A DNA stretch of 64,000 nt from Octopus bimaculoides (GCF_001194135.2 NC_068987.1:13213980-13277979); one strand, 5' to 3'; numbered from the stretch's first letter, positions 14,139 through 27,215 are shown. Notes: a model not told the origin generated them from the letters alone. Made by a program: numbers and translations.

Positions 14139-14292
14139 ACGTCCATTGTCCATGCTGGTATGGATTGGACAATTTGACCAGGGCTGGTAAGCTGGAAGGT
14201 TGCACCAGACTCCAGTCTGATTTGGCATGGTTTTCTATGGCTGGATGCCCTTCCTAACGACAACCAATCTGAGAGTGTAATGGGTGTTTTTA
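14108..14292 (-). mobile_element. Family C LINE 3' end
   Basis: (CAT)n tail followed by the C 3' sequence. Confidence 0.8.
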
Positions 14293-14884
14293 CTTGCTAC
14301 ACAGTGGGACTGAACCCAAAACCACGCGGTTGCAAAACAAGCTGCTTAACCACACAAGCATGCCTGCACCTACCACACAACCACACCTGATGTTACTGAA
14401 GAATTAATCAACTTCTATACGTTTCTTCTCTTGTATAATACACCATTATAGAATCTAAATGAAACCATTCTGTGGAGGAAAATTATATCTGGTTTTTCAC
14501 TGCAACACTTAGAAATATCATCTTACATAGAAATAACTCACTTTTCTTGAAGCAAGAGTGGGATGAGGGGGGAGGGGCTTTCTTTCTCACCCTCTTTGTT
14601 CTTTAATCTAAATATGCCACTAATTTATGTCAAGAGGCACCTTATTCTTCGGTTAACATGGCTCTCTGTCTTGACAGAAGAAAGAAAAATTTGCTTGTCA
14701 GTCTCGCCTGATTAGTGAGTAGATTGGTCGGCTGGTTCTTTGAAGCTGGAGTTACATATATGGTGGATGGCGGTTATTTGCTAAACACTACACAGAACTT
14801 TGTCCCTTCCACTATAACTTATATTAATATCATCATCATCAGCAGCAGTAGCAGCAGCAACACCATCAACAATAGCAACATCAT

Positions 14885-15350
14885 ACTCTTTTACTCTTTA
14901 CTCTCTTTTACTCTTTACTCTCTTTTACTCTTTTACTTGTTTCAGTCATTTGACTGTGGCCATGCTGGAGCACCGCCATTAGTCAAGCAAATCGACCCCA
15001 GGACTTATTCTTTGGAATCCTAGTATNNNNNNNNNNNNNNNNNNNNNNNNNNNNNNNNNNNNNNNNNNNNNNNNNNNNNNNNNNNNNNNNNNNNNNNNNN
15101 NNNNNNNNNNNNNNNNNNNNNNNNNNNNNNNNNNNNNNNNNNNNNNNNNNNNNNNNNNNNACACACACACACATACATATAGACAATGGGCTTCTTTCAG
15201 TTTCCGTCTACCAAATCCACTCACAAGGCTTTGGTTGGCCCAAGGCTATAGTAGAAGACATTTGCCCAAGGTGCTACGCAGTGGGAATGAACCCGGAACC
15301 ATGTGGTTGGTAAGCAAGCTACTTACCACACAGCCACTCCCGCGCCTACA
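14885..15350 (-). mobile_element. SINE A1 with internal assembly gap
   Basis: Tail and head flank the N-run at 15027-15160. Confidence 0.85.
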
Positions 15351-15689
15351 TCATCATTATCATCTTTTAACGTTAAATGGTTTTACAGGATCTGATGGGT
15401 TTGGGGACTTTATTGTGCTTCAATGTCTCTTTTGGCATGGTCTCTATGGCTGGATGCCCTTCCTAACACCAAACACTTTGTAGAGTGTACTGGGTGCTCT
15501 TTTTTCATGCCACAACACTAGTGAGGTTGCCATGCAGCTTGTAATACTAAGATTGTTGCTGACTAACTGGGGCTACAGTAGAAAGAAAGGCAGCTTTATG
15601 CTAGTAGATGAGAGGTTAAAGTATGAAAGAAGGATGCTACATTATTATTTACAGTTATATCTTACTTTACAAGGACCCAGATTTACAAA

Positions 15690-16194
15690 TTTTATTTTTC
15701 AAGCACAAGACCCAAATTTTGAACAAAGTGCAAAAGTTTTTACTGCCACAACAAATGCTTCTGCATGTAATGAGAAATTTATAGAGAACAAAAAAAAGCC
15801 TCTTCTGAGCAAATAACTCTAGACTTGTTTTTAAAATGAAATCTATGAGTGCTTGATGAATCAGCAATCACATCTACGAGTGATGGTGTACGTGAGTCAG
15901 GTGCAAGTGAATGTGATTAAGAAAACGATTATAATAATAATAATATTTTTTTTAATATAAATGATCTTGACACTCTTTTGACTTTACATAAAATATTCTT
16001 TACATTCTACTGTTGTTTTATTGCCATTTATTTATGACTATTATAAATTTTATTGGTAAAATAATTTTCTGAGAACAAATTATTATTTATAACATTGTTT
16101 TACTATGGAAAATTATTGCTCTGCTTTATGAGTTTTCACTTAATGAGCAGTCTCGAGGAACAAATTAACTTGTATATATTGAGGCATTAGTGTA
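15690..16194 (+). mobile_element. Tigger/pogo DNA transposon 3' remnant
   Basis: Decayed peptide AQDPNFEQSAKV..KKASSEQITLDLF resembles the Tigger transposase C-terminus (from memory); Tigger-like right end ..GAGGCATTAGTG-TA at ~16181-16194. Confidence 0.65.
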
Positions 16195-16490
16195 TATTAT
16201 AGAAGAAGGGATGGGAGTAACCATGGTGGAGCTGTAAAAGAGATAAAAGGACCCTTGAAGTACAAGATAAGAAGTAAGTATGGGCAGAAGAAGAGAGAAT
16301 GTGTGTGAGTAGAAGTTGTGAGAGTGTAAGAGTGAGGGAAACTTGCCTTCTACTCAATTTCATCCACAAACCTTGAGTTGACCTAAGGTTGTAGAAAAAG
16401 ACTGTTAATCCGTTTGGTAGAAAAAGAAAGGGAAAATAAAGTAAGCTTCTGTAATACAATGCTTCAAGTAAACTACAACGCTCTTATTAA

Positions 16491-17063
16491 CGCTCTAGTA
16501 TTCTGGTTACTCTTTTAAATGTAAAGCTTATTTATTTGCATTGTTTTGAATCAATCAGGCATTGTCTTGTGGCTTTTAGATTTCGATAATCTGATTGTTT
16601 AATTTTAGAATGACACCATTTTGAGCATGGCCGTTGCCAGTACCGCCTGACTGGCCTTTGTAGGATTTTCGAGCGAGGTCATTGCCAGTGCCCCTGGACT
16701 GGCTCTTGTGCAGGTGGCACATAAAATACACCATTCTGAACGTGGCCGTTGCCAGTACCACCTGACTGGCCTTCGTGCAGGTGACACGTAAAAGCACCCA
16801 CTACACTCTCTGAGTGGTTGGCGTTAGGAAGGGCATCCAGCTGTAGAAACTCTGCCAAATCAGATTGGAGCCTGGTGTAGCCATCTGGTTTCACCAGTCC
16901 TCAGTCAAATTGTCCAACCCATGCTAGCATGGAAAGCAGACGTTAAACGACGATGATGATTGTAGGGTAGGTATGTGATGCCAGAACTGGCCAATTTGAA
17001 AATATAAAAAAAAAAACAGATAGAATATTTGAGCCAGATATGGCCAGTTTAAATACTAAAGGG
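16491..17063. mobile_element. piggyBac-type MITE family 2 hosting a family C insertion
   Basis: TTAA-CGCTCTAGTATT ... AATACTAAAGGG-TTAT. Confidence 0.7.
16616..16959 (+). mobile_element. Family C: 5'-truncated LINE 3' end (probably RTE clade) with hairpin repeats and (GAT)n tail
   Basis: Variable 5' truncation among copies, common 3' end GCATGGAAAGCGGACGTTAAACGATGATG. Confidence 0.85.
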
Positions 17064-17944
17064 TTATTTAAATTTTTAGCTGATTAACATATTACATGCA
17101 AATTAGAAAAAACCCATTTTTGGTGAAACAACTGTTGTAATCAGTACAGTTGATAGAGCATAAGACTCCTAATCTCAGGGTTGAAGGTTTGTACTCCATG
17201 TTGCGCTTGATACATCTTTTAATGGCAGTACTCCAGCATGACCTCAGCGTCTGGCTGAAACCATTAATAATAGAATAAATTACTAGTAACTGAAGAATAA
17301 AGGGTATACTTTTCTCTGAAAAGGAGAGAGACAATACACTCTTAAACCGATCTCCAAGAAGATTATTGGTTATTAACATTAAGCTGTTTGCTCATCAACC
17401 ATCGTTTCATAGCTTTCCAAATAACTGGCTGTAGATATGTCATTTGAAGGGTCTTCTAGCTATTTGGTGACCACACTGGTGCCACATAAAAAGCACCTAG
17501 TATACTCTGTAAAGTGTTTGGGGTTAGTAATTGGATCTTGGCACAGTCATCTAGCATACCAGCATGGAAAATAGATGTTAGACAATGATGATAATCATCA
17601 TCATTATTATATCTACTTTATACAAATTAAACTAATATTAATCAATGACTAATATTGTTTTTGTTTTTTGTTTTTTTTCTCTTGACATAATTATTTCCAT
17701 TTAGCAGCTTAATGCTCCATGCATTAAATATGTTAACACTAACTTAATTGTTATTCTTCAAGACAATCAGGTTTCTGACTAATTTATTTGCTAAACAATT
17801 GGCTGCTTTTTTCTACGCCAACCAGTGTATATTTTTGCCCATTTTACATAATGAGTCCTCCATATTTGCTGACAAGTGTCTCATACATAATTTTGCTCGC
17901 TGCATAAATTTTTCTCATTAGTTTTATAATGTGCTCTGAATTAA

Positions 17945-18151
17945 CCCTATTGATGCCATATTTCAGTTGAAATACACTGCATTTGTCTCAGTTAATTTAG
18001 AAAATAATGAAGAATTTAGTAAAATAACTTTGTCGTTATTAAGCTGCTAATTGGAGCATAAATTAACATGAAATTCTGATGGGTGGTTTTAATTTAGATC
18101 GCTTTAAAACAGGAAGTTTGTGCCACAGAATTAGGGGCAGTCTCAGGCGGG
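17945..18151. mobile_element. piggyBac-type MITE family 1 relative
   Basis: TTAA-CCC start, GGG-TTAT end; internal similarity to 6882-7099. Confidence 0.7.
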
Positions 18152-18859
18152 TTATGTTAATGCTAAGGGTAATGTTAATACTAACTTAACCATTGAGATT
18201 TAAGTGTATTTTGGTTATTGTCACAATGCAGTGCCATTGACAAAAGATAAACTACCAACCTCTTACTCAAATAGCCACCCAATTCGCCATATTGGATTGT
18301 ACATCTGCATATCTACATTCCTGGTTGCTATTATTTCTTCCCCAACCCCTCGTCTAAAATAATGACCAGTCCCATTTTGCAAATGTGTTGTTAGTAATTT
18401 GACAATTAGCAAGCTGTGAAAATATATGTTGGTGTTATATGTAGCCTATTTTGCAACACCAGAAAGACAAAGAAAATAGTGAGAACAAAAATAATGCATC
18501 TTCGCTATAAAACAATGGATAATGGAGTAAAAGACCTCACTGAACTCTTGTAGTTCTATTAGTGCTGATGGGGAGATTTACCTAATTAGGACTAAAACTT
18601 TCAGTTATCTTGGTCTTCTACTAGCTCTCTGTCGATTATGACGACAAGGGTTCCAACGGAACAGCCTACTCATGAAATTAATGTGCAAGTGGCTGAGCGC
18701 TCCAGAGACACATGTACCCTTAATGCAGTTCTCAGGGAGATTCAGCATGGCACAGAATCTGACAAGACTGGCCTTTTTGAAATACAGGTACTACTCAATT
18801 TTGCCACTGCATGAACTGGAGCAATGTGAAATAAAGTGTCTTGCTCAAGGACACGATGC

Positions 18860-19157
18860 TCAAGTGGTGTTTTTTACGTGCCACCTGGACAGGAGTCAGT
18901 CCAGCAGCACTGGCAATGACCTCGCTCGAATGTTTTGTTCACGTGCCACCAGCACAAGTGCCAGTAAGGCGACACTGGTAATGATCATGCTCAAATGGTG
19001 CTTTTTACGTGCCACTGTCACGGAAGCCAGACAGCTGCTCTGGCAATGATCCTGCTCAGATGATACTGTTAGCGCTCCACTGGCACGGGTGCCAGTCATC
19101 AAATTTGGTTAAATTTCAATTTCACTTGCCCCAACAGGTCTTCGCAAGCAGAGTTTA
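18860..19157 (-). mobile_element. Family C upstream hairpin-repeat region
   Basis: About 4 units of ~66 nt containing GTGGCACGT and GCCAG..CTGGC. Confidence 0.75.
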
Positions 19158-19176
19158 GTGTCCAATGAAGGAAGGT

Positions 19177-19222
<46 letters not shown>

Positions 19223-19929
19223 GGCTTCCACAGTTTCTATCTACTAAATTCACTCACAAGGCATTCAGCCTGGGCCAATAATAGAAGACATTTGCCCAAG
19301 GTGACTGCACCGTGGGACTGAACCAAAAACCACATGGTTGCAAAGTGAGCTTCTTAATCACTCAGCCTTGCCTTCATTTATCTGTTTGCTAAAACATGAA
19401 AATGTGCTGCTAAGCAACTCCATATCAACCAGTCAGCTTGATTTTCTTTTGGCTCATTGCCAAGCATTTTACAAAGTTACGCTTATACTTTCATTGACAA
19501 ATTACAGTGGAGTGTATTCTTTTCATTTAATGGAGATAATTTTCAGAGAACGGGAGGTGGGTGAAATTGAAGGTGTTATTACTGTAATCTCTATGACATT
19601 CTAAAGTTCAAAATTGTTTAATAAATAACTAACCAACCGGATGTAATTTTCATTACACCTGCTCATTAGCTATGATAAACTTGTGCCAGTTGTTAACAGT
19701 CAGGACACCATGATCTTCAAAAATTCCATGTATCCCGAAATTTGCCAATACAACTCTGGATGTGCCCATGTACCCTTCCCTCTTTATGGCTGTTTTAGTG
19801 TTTGTCTTTCTATCTTCTTGTGTAAAGTGCATGCTTCTTTGCTTGACTTATTGTAGCTTGCTGTCCCCTTTATTCACCCTTTTCTAAAGAGTTATAGTGC
19901 ATCTGAGCAGTGTATACAAATAAAATCAT

Positions 19930-20359
19930 TAGCACACTGGGCAAAATGCTTAATGGCATTTCATTGGCTTTACATTCTGAGTTCAAATTGTGTGGAGGTC
20001 GACTTTGCCTGTCATCCTTTCAGGGTCAATAAAATAAATACCAGCTGAATACTGAGGTTGATGTAATTAAGTAGCCGTCTCCCTCAAAATTGCAGACATT
20101 ATACCTATAGCAGAAAAGATTATTATCATTATCATTTTAATTATTAAAGTGGTGAACTAGCAGTATCGTTAGCAAACTAAATGAAATGCTTAGTGGTATT
20201 TTGCCTGTTGCTACATTCCGAGTTCAAATTCCACAGAGGTTAACTTTGCCTTTCATCCTTTCGGGGTTGATAAATTAAGCCCCAGTGAAACACTGGGGTC
20301 AATATAATTGACTAGTCCCTGCCCCCAAAATTTCAGGCCTTGTGCCTATAGCAGAAAGG

Positions 20360-20391
<32 letters not shown>

Positions 20392-21220
20392 GGCAGTACA
20401 ATTAGCACATTGGACGAAATGCCTAGCAGTATTTCGCCCATTGTGGAGGCGCAATGGCCCAGTAGTTAGGGCAGCAGACTCGTGGTCATAGGATCGCGGT
20501 TTCGATTCCCAGACCGGGCGTTGTGAGTGTTTATTGAGCGAAAACACCTAAAACTCCATGAGGCTCCGGCAGAGTATGGTGGCGAAACCTGCTGTACTCT
20601 TTCGCCACAACTTTCTCTCACTCTTACTTCTTTTTCTGTTGTGCCTGTAATTCAGACAGCCAGCCTTGTCACAGTGTGTCACGCTGAATATCCCCAAGAA
20701 CTACGTTAAGGGTACACGTGTCTGTGGAGTGCTCAGCCACTTGCACGTTAATTTCACGAGCAGGCTGTTCCATTGATCGGATCAACTGGAACCCTCGATG
20801 TGGTAAGCGACGGAGTGCCAACAACAATTTTGCCCATTGCTATGTTCCAAATTCAAATTCTCTCAAGGTCAACTTTGCCTTTCATCCTTTCAGGGTCAAT
20901 AAATTAAGTATCAGTGAAACACTGGGGTTGATGTAATCAACTCCTCTACTCCTTTAACATTTCAGGGCCTTGTGCCTATAATAAAAAGGATTATTATTAT
21001 TAAGGTGGCAACCTGGCAGAATTGTAAGCACACCAGACAAAATGCTTAGTAGCATTTCGTTCATCTTTACATTCTGAGTTCAAACTCTGCTGAGGTCATC
21101 TTTGCCATTCATCCTTTCAGGGTCAATAAAATAAGTACCGGTTGAACACTGGGGTCAATGTAATTGCCTTAATCCTTCCCTGAAATTGCTGACCTTGCAC
21201 CAAAAATTGAAATTATTATT
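19930..21220 (+). mobile_element. Cluster of about 4 head-to-tail SINE B copies, one split by SINE D
   Basis: Repeated B cores separated by (ATT)n tails. Confidence 0.85.
20444..20826 (+). mobile_element. SINE D1 (tRNA-like head, (AAC)n tail)
   Basis: A-box TGGCCCAGTAG, B-box GTTTCGATTCC; 13-bp TSD ATTTCGCCCATTG (20431-20443) / ATTTTGCCCATTG (20827-20839). Confidence 0.9.
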
Positions 21221-21227
21221 ATTATTA

Positions 21228-21490
21228 CTGGCTCCTGTGCAGGTGGCACATAAAAAATACCATTTGAGCGTGGTCATTGCCAGTACCGCCTGACTGGCCC
21301 TCTTGCTGGTGGCACGTAAAAGCACCCACTACACTCTCAGAGTGGTTGGCATTAGGAAGGGCATCCGGCTCTAGAAACTTTACCAGATCAGATTGGTGCC
21401 TGGTGCCGCCTTCTGGCTCGCCAGTCCTCAGTCAAACCATCCAACCCATGCCAGCATGGAAAGCGGACATTAAACGACGATGATGATGAT
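21228..21490 (+). mobile_element. Family C LINE 3' end
   Basis: Match to other C copies. Confidence 0.85.
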
Positions 21491-21733
21491 TACTATTATT
21501 ATTATTTCGTCTTTGCCTTTCATCCTTTTTTTTTAGGGGGGGGGGCGATAAATTAAGTACCAGTGAAACAGTGGGGTCAATGTAATCCACTAGTCCCCTC
21601 CCCNNNNNNNNNNNNNNNNNNNNNNNNNNNNNNNNNNNNNNNNNNNNNNNNNNNNNNNNNNNNNNNNNNNNNNNNNNNNNNNNNNNCAAAATTTCAGGCC
21701 TTGTGCCTTCAGTAGAAAGGACTATTATTATTA

Positions 21734-21787
<54 letters not shown>

Positions 21788-22598
21788 CTTTTCCCCTTCT
21801 AAGATATGTGCTGCACCACTGAAGCTCACTCTAAACAGATGTTTTAACATGCAACAGTCTCCATTGTGTTAATAATATCTCCTAGGAAGGCAGACAAAAA
21901 GTTTTACTCTCCAGCTAGTAAGTTGTAAAAGTAATCTCTTGTGTAATCAGCATGAAGACACTTATTGAGATACATATGTTAGCAACAAAATTAAGAACCA
22001 TTATTATACTTTAGATGTTATTTGTTATCTCCCTTCCTCTGATAGCTCTTTAATGTAATGACTTCTAGTTTAACTCGCTAAGTTTATTGTAAATTTGGCA
22101 GAAATTCTTAACACAAAACCTTCTTGTTTTAATAAAGACAGTAAGAATAACATCAAAAAGCATGTCGATAGCATATTCTATGAAATGGTTATGGGATTTA
22201 GTTTCACAAATCAAAGATTCATACCTGTAAAGTCATATATTTTCAGGGAGGTGACAAAAAGATGTATCCAGTCACTTAAGTTTGAGAACAAATAAATATT
22301 TAAGCCATAATTGTTAATCCAACCAAAAATATTTTTTGTTTTACTTAGGTGATTATGGATTAAATGTTCACATTTTTTCTTATGTGTAGGCACAGTTGTG
22401 GCTGTGTGGTAAGAAGTTTGCATCTCAACCGCATGGTTTTGGGTTCAGTCCCACTGTGTGACACCTGTGGCACGTGTCTTCTTCTATAACCCCAGGCCAA
22501 CTACAGTCTTGTGGATTTGTTTGACAGAAACTGAAAGCCAATTGTGTATGTGTATGTATATATTTGTATGTATGTATGTATATATATATATGTGTGTG

Positions 22599-22784
22599 TA
22601 TAAAAGAGACCACTAAGTGGACTGCTAATGTGCTAGAAGAAGATCACTTAAAAATTCTCAAAGAAAATTCAGCGGAGCAAAAACAGGCAGGCAAAACTAG
22701 GGAAAATTATAAATACCTCGGTTATCTGTAGATAACTGATCTTCTTCTAGCACATTAGCAGTCCACTTAGTAGTCTCTTTTATA
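22599..22784. repeat. Foldback element with 48-bp inverted arms
   Basis: 22599-22646 versus 22737-22784 match at 47/48; 90-bp spacer. Confidence 0.9.
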
Positions 22785-23460
22785 TACACATGTACTATAG
22801 TTCTTTTGAGATCTCAGAAAATTTTTTCTGAATCTTCTGATTCTTTTAATGTGCTGGTTTCCTGGTATTAAATTGATATTAATTAATATCAAATTTTTTA
22901 CCATATTATGTTAATTATATATATATATATATATNNNNNNNNNNNNNNNNNNNNNNNNNNNNNNNNNNNNNNNNNNNNNNNNNNNNNNNNNNNNNNNNNN
23001 NNNNNNNNNNNNNNNNNNNNNNNNNNNNNNNNNNNNNNNNNNNNNNNNNNNNNNNNNNNNNNNNNNNNNNNNNNNNNNNNNNNNNNNNNNNNNNNNNNNN
23101 NNNNNNNNNNNNNNNNNNNNNNNNNNNNNNNNNNNNNNNNNNNNNNNNNNNNNNNNNNNNNNNNNNNNNNNNNNNNNNNNNNNNNNNNNNNNNNNNNNNN
23201 NNNNNNNNNNNNNNNNNNNNNNNNNNNNNNNNNNNNNNNNNNNNNNNNNNNNNNNNNNNNNNNNNNNNNNNNNNNNNNNNNNNNNNNNNNNNATGTGTGT
23301 GTGTGTGTATGTATATATGAGCATATGTATGAACATATGTGTGTGTGTATACGTATATATATATATATACATATGTATGTATATGCATATGTATGTGTGT
23401 ATATGCATATATGTGTGTGTGTATATGCATGTATATGTATGTGTGTGTGTATACGTGTGC

Positions 23461-23499
<39 letters not shown>

Positions 23500-24384
23500 T
23501 GTGTGTGTGTATAAATGTGTGTATGTATATATAGTACATAAATGTGTCTGTGTTTCTATTTGTCCAACTTCATTAATTGACTACCGGTGTTAGTTTGTTT
23601 ACATCCTCATAACTTAGCAAGTCAGCAAAAGAGACAAATAGAATGTGTACCAAGCTGAAAAAAATGAAAAGTAGTGTGTTCAATTTGATTGTCTAAACCC
23701 TTCAAGGTAACACCCCAATGTTTGCTAAAGCAGACCCTTTGAGTTGCACATACAGCCTATATCGCAGGCTTCTACATAGTCTCCATCTGACCAATTTCAC
23801 TCATGGAACTTGGTTTAACCTGAGGCTATAATAAGACACTTGTTAAAAGTTTCTTGCTATGGAATTGAACCCAGCATCTCAAGGTAGCTAAGCAAACTTC
23901 TTAACCACTAGGCCATGCATGCACACACGCACACAGACACACACACACACACACACTGACACTCTCACACACATGCTCAACCAAATCTGCAAAGACAGTA
24001 TGTGTGTATGCGTGTGTGTGTGTGTGTGTGTGTGTGCCCATGCGCATGCGTGCATGCACCTGCACACGTGCACCCCCCACACGTCTGTGCAGAAATGCAA
24101 AAGTAACTGAATTGGGCTTCTTACACATATTAACCGCACCCATTCATTCTACAATGAAGAGATAACAATGCACACTCAACATGAATAGCCTAATCGCATT
24201 CATGCACACACCCTCACACACATGCAAACACGCTCTCACGCAAACACACACACACACACACACACCATTCAAAATAGTGACTCAAAATGAAAGATTTTAT
24301 AAAGTCTTCATATCAATTATTACTGGATTCGTTTTCCAGAAGAATATTTTACAAGGAAAAGTTTAAATTTCAGTTGTAAATGTA

Positions 24385-24790
24385 ATTTTTTTTACTCTTT
24401 TACTTGTTTCAGTCATTTGACTGTGGCCATGCTGGAGCACCGCCTTTTAGTCGAGCTAATCGACCCCAGGACTTATTCTTTGTAAGCCTAGTACTTATTC
24501 TATCGGTCTCTTTTGCCGAACTGCTAAGTTACAGGGATGTAAACACACCACCATCGGTTGTCAAGCGATGTTGGGGGGACAAACACAGACACACAAACAT
24601 ACACACACATACATATACATATATATACGACAGGCTTCTTTCAGTTTCCGTCTACCAAATCCACTCACTAGGCTTTGGTCGGCCCGAGGCTATAGTAGAA
24701 GGCACTTGCCCGAGATGCCACGCAGTGGGAATGAACCCGGAACCATGCGGTTGGTAAGCAAGCTACTTACCACACAGCCACTCCTGCGCT
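24385..24790 (-). mobile_element. SINE A1, full length
   Basis: Near-identical to other young A1 copies. Confidence 0.92.
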
Positions 24791-24829
24791 TTAATTTTAT
24801 TCTTTTGAATAATTATATCCTTTCTCCAT

Positions 24830-24882
<53 letters not shown>

Positions 24883-25299
24883 AGTCCATTTTCCTCCCTC
24901 TTGTACTTCTTTCACTCCTACTCTCTCTCTCTCTCTCTTTCACTTTCTCTAATTTTACTTATGACTCAACCTTTGTTTATTCACTGATTTAATCAATTAA
25001 AACATTTTCTTCTCTCCTTTTAACTTATTTTTAGATCTCTTTATAGTCTCTCCTTCCATCCTGTTGCTGAAATCTCTCTATCTCCTTATATATAGGCGTG
25101 GTTGTGTGCTAAGAAGCTTGCTTCTCATTCCCACTGCGTGACGTCTTGGGCAAGTGTCTTCTACTATGGCCCCGGGCTGACCAAAGCCTTATGAGCCGAT
25201 TTGATAGCCGGAAACTGAAAGAAGCCTGTTGTATATACATCTTCGAAACGCCTAGTTTAGAATAGAGGCAACTGATGAAGGAAAAGCTTAGTCTCACTG

Positions 25300-25497
25300 T
25301 GGTCAATCCCCATGCTAGAAAGAATAACCAAATCTTCAAATCACACCATGTCATCTTAAATAAGGGCCTCATTTGGTAACATGTTCTTATTATACAGTCT
25401 TCTTACCAAAATAGATGGTGAGGTCACAGCTGGAATCCCTTTGATCATTGGTCTGCTCACTGAGAGCTGACATGAGACAAAACAGCAACAACAACGT
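25300..25497 (+). mobile_element. Repeat F 3' segment with (AAC)n tail
   Basis: Related to 28430-28645 (+), 34225-34385 (-) and 40250-40430 (-). Confidence 0.65.
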
Positions 25498-26029
25498 TTT
25501 TCATTCATCCATTTCATTAGATGCACTTTTGTACAATATCCAGTTGTCTTTTTGATTCACTTAATATATCACTGAAGTTCATTCATCTCCAATTTCAGCA
25601 GGTCATCTGCACCCACTTCTTTACATATCCCTGCCATATGTTACTTTCTTCACCCNNNNNNNNNNNNNNNNNNNNNNNNNNNNNNNNNNNNNNNNNNNNN
25701 NNNNNNNNNNNNNNNNNNNNNNNNNNNNNNNNNNNNNNNNNNNNNNNNNNNNNNNNNNNNNNNNNNNNNNNNNNNNNNNNNNNNNNNNNNNNNNNNNNNN
25801 NNNNNNNNNNNNNNNNNNNNNNNNNNNNNNNNNNNNNNNNNNNNNNNNNNNNNNNNNNNNNNNNNNNNNNNNNNNNNNNNNNNNNNNNNNNNNNNNNNNN
25901 NNNNNNNNNNNNNNNNNNNNNNNNNNNNNNNNNNNNNNNNNNNNNNNNNNNNNNNNNNNNNNNNNNNNNNNNNNNNNNNNNNNNNNNNNNNNNNNNNNNN
26001 NNNNNNNNNNNNNNNNNNNNNNNNCCCAA

Positions 26030-26590
26030 AAGGACGAAAGGCAAGGTCAACGTCACCGAAATTTTAACTTGGAATGCGAAGAACCAGAAGGGATGCTGCT
26101 AAACATTTTGTCCAACATGCTAACAATTCTGCCAGCTCCCCACCGTTATATACTAATAATCCTTTTTACTAATGGCACAAAGCCTGAAATGTTAGGGAGG
26201 GTACTTGTTGATTACATTAACCCCAGGGCTCGCCTGGCACTTAATTTATCTGCTTTGAAAGGATGAAAGGCAAAGTCGACCTTGGTGGGGATTTGAACTC
26301 AGAATGTAAAGACAGATGAAATGCCACTAAGCATTTTGTCCAGTATTATAATGATTCTGCCAGTTTGGCACCTTAATTGTTCCAAATTTTGACACAAAGA
26401 AAAGAATTTTTTCTAGCGGGAGGGTGGATGTAATCAACCCCCGTACTTGACTGGTACTTTATTTTATCAACTCTGAAAAGAAGAAGGCAAAGTTAACTTC
26501 AACTGGATTTGAACTCAGAACATAATGAGCCTGAAGAAATGCCACTAAGCGTTTTATCCAACATACAAATGATGCTGTCTGCTCCTGCCT
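26030..26590 (-). mobile_element. Cluster of SINE B copies
   Basis: Repeated AAGGCAAAGT..GAACTCAGAA segments. Confidence 0.75.
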
Positions 26591-26719
26591 TTAAATATTA
26601 ATAATGCTATTTCTTCCTCTATTCTTAGCAATAATATGATTACTTATAACAGAAAAATAATCTTCATCTCTATGCTCGCCAGATTCATCAGAACCATCTT
26701 TGGCATTCAGGCTTTCACT

Positions 26720-26940
26720 GTTCACATTGTTAGTTGTACCAGTACATACAGTGTACTCCAAATGTTGGTCCTCTCTTGTCATCTTAAACCTTACTACATC
26801 TTTGATGTACCTAGTAATTCATTGCCTATATATCTCTAACGTACCTCGCAAATCATTGCTTAGAACACTCTACTTAGAACACTCAGCGCTTTTCTATACA
26901 GCTGTTATCCTCCTTATGCCTTATGTGCCTGAACCAACAC
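26720..26940 (-). mobile_element. RTE-clade LINE ORF 3' remnant
   Basis: Decayed peptide WFRHIRHKEDNSCIEK*..VE and MTREDQHLEYTV resemble the RTE C-terminal W(F/Y)GHV.R...DR..W motif. Confidence 0.55.
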
Positions 26941-26948
26941 ATTCTTCA

Positions 26949-27124
26949 CCCTTTCAGTGCTATATTTCAATTAAATGCACTGCCTTCATTTCAATTAATT
27001 TTGAAAGAAAATAATTAGGAATTCAGTAAAATTAATTTGTTCTTATTAATCTGGTGTTTAGAACTTTAATTAACATGAAATTTTAATGGATGGTTTTATC
27101 TCAAGTAGGTTGATACCAACAGGG
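26949..27124. mobile_element. piggyBac-type MITE family 1 relative
   Basis: CCCTTT start, GGG-TTAA end; internal similarity to 17945-18151. Confidence 0.6.
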
Positions 27125-27215
27125 TTAATAAATAATACTCCAGTTTGTTAATGGTTTCTAATTTTGGCACAAGGCTAGGGCAAGTCGATTATATTGATCC
27201 CTGTACTTGACTTGT

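Noticed and set aside
16616-16800. CRISPR-like appearance of palindromic repeats
   Set aside because: The variable part is only an 8-nt loop, there are no unique 25-45 nt spacers or cas genes, and it lies inside an animal retroelement.
25237-25290. CTTCGAAACG...CTGATGAAG, hammerhead boxes in type II order
   Set aside because: No stem I can form and the putative stem II overlaps the core. It may be a Penelope-like repeat junction but is not a supportable ribozyme.
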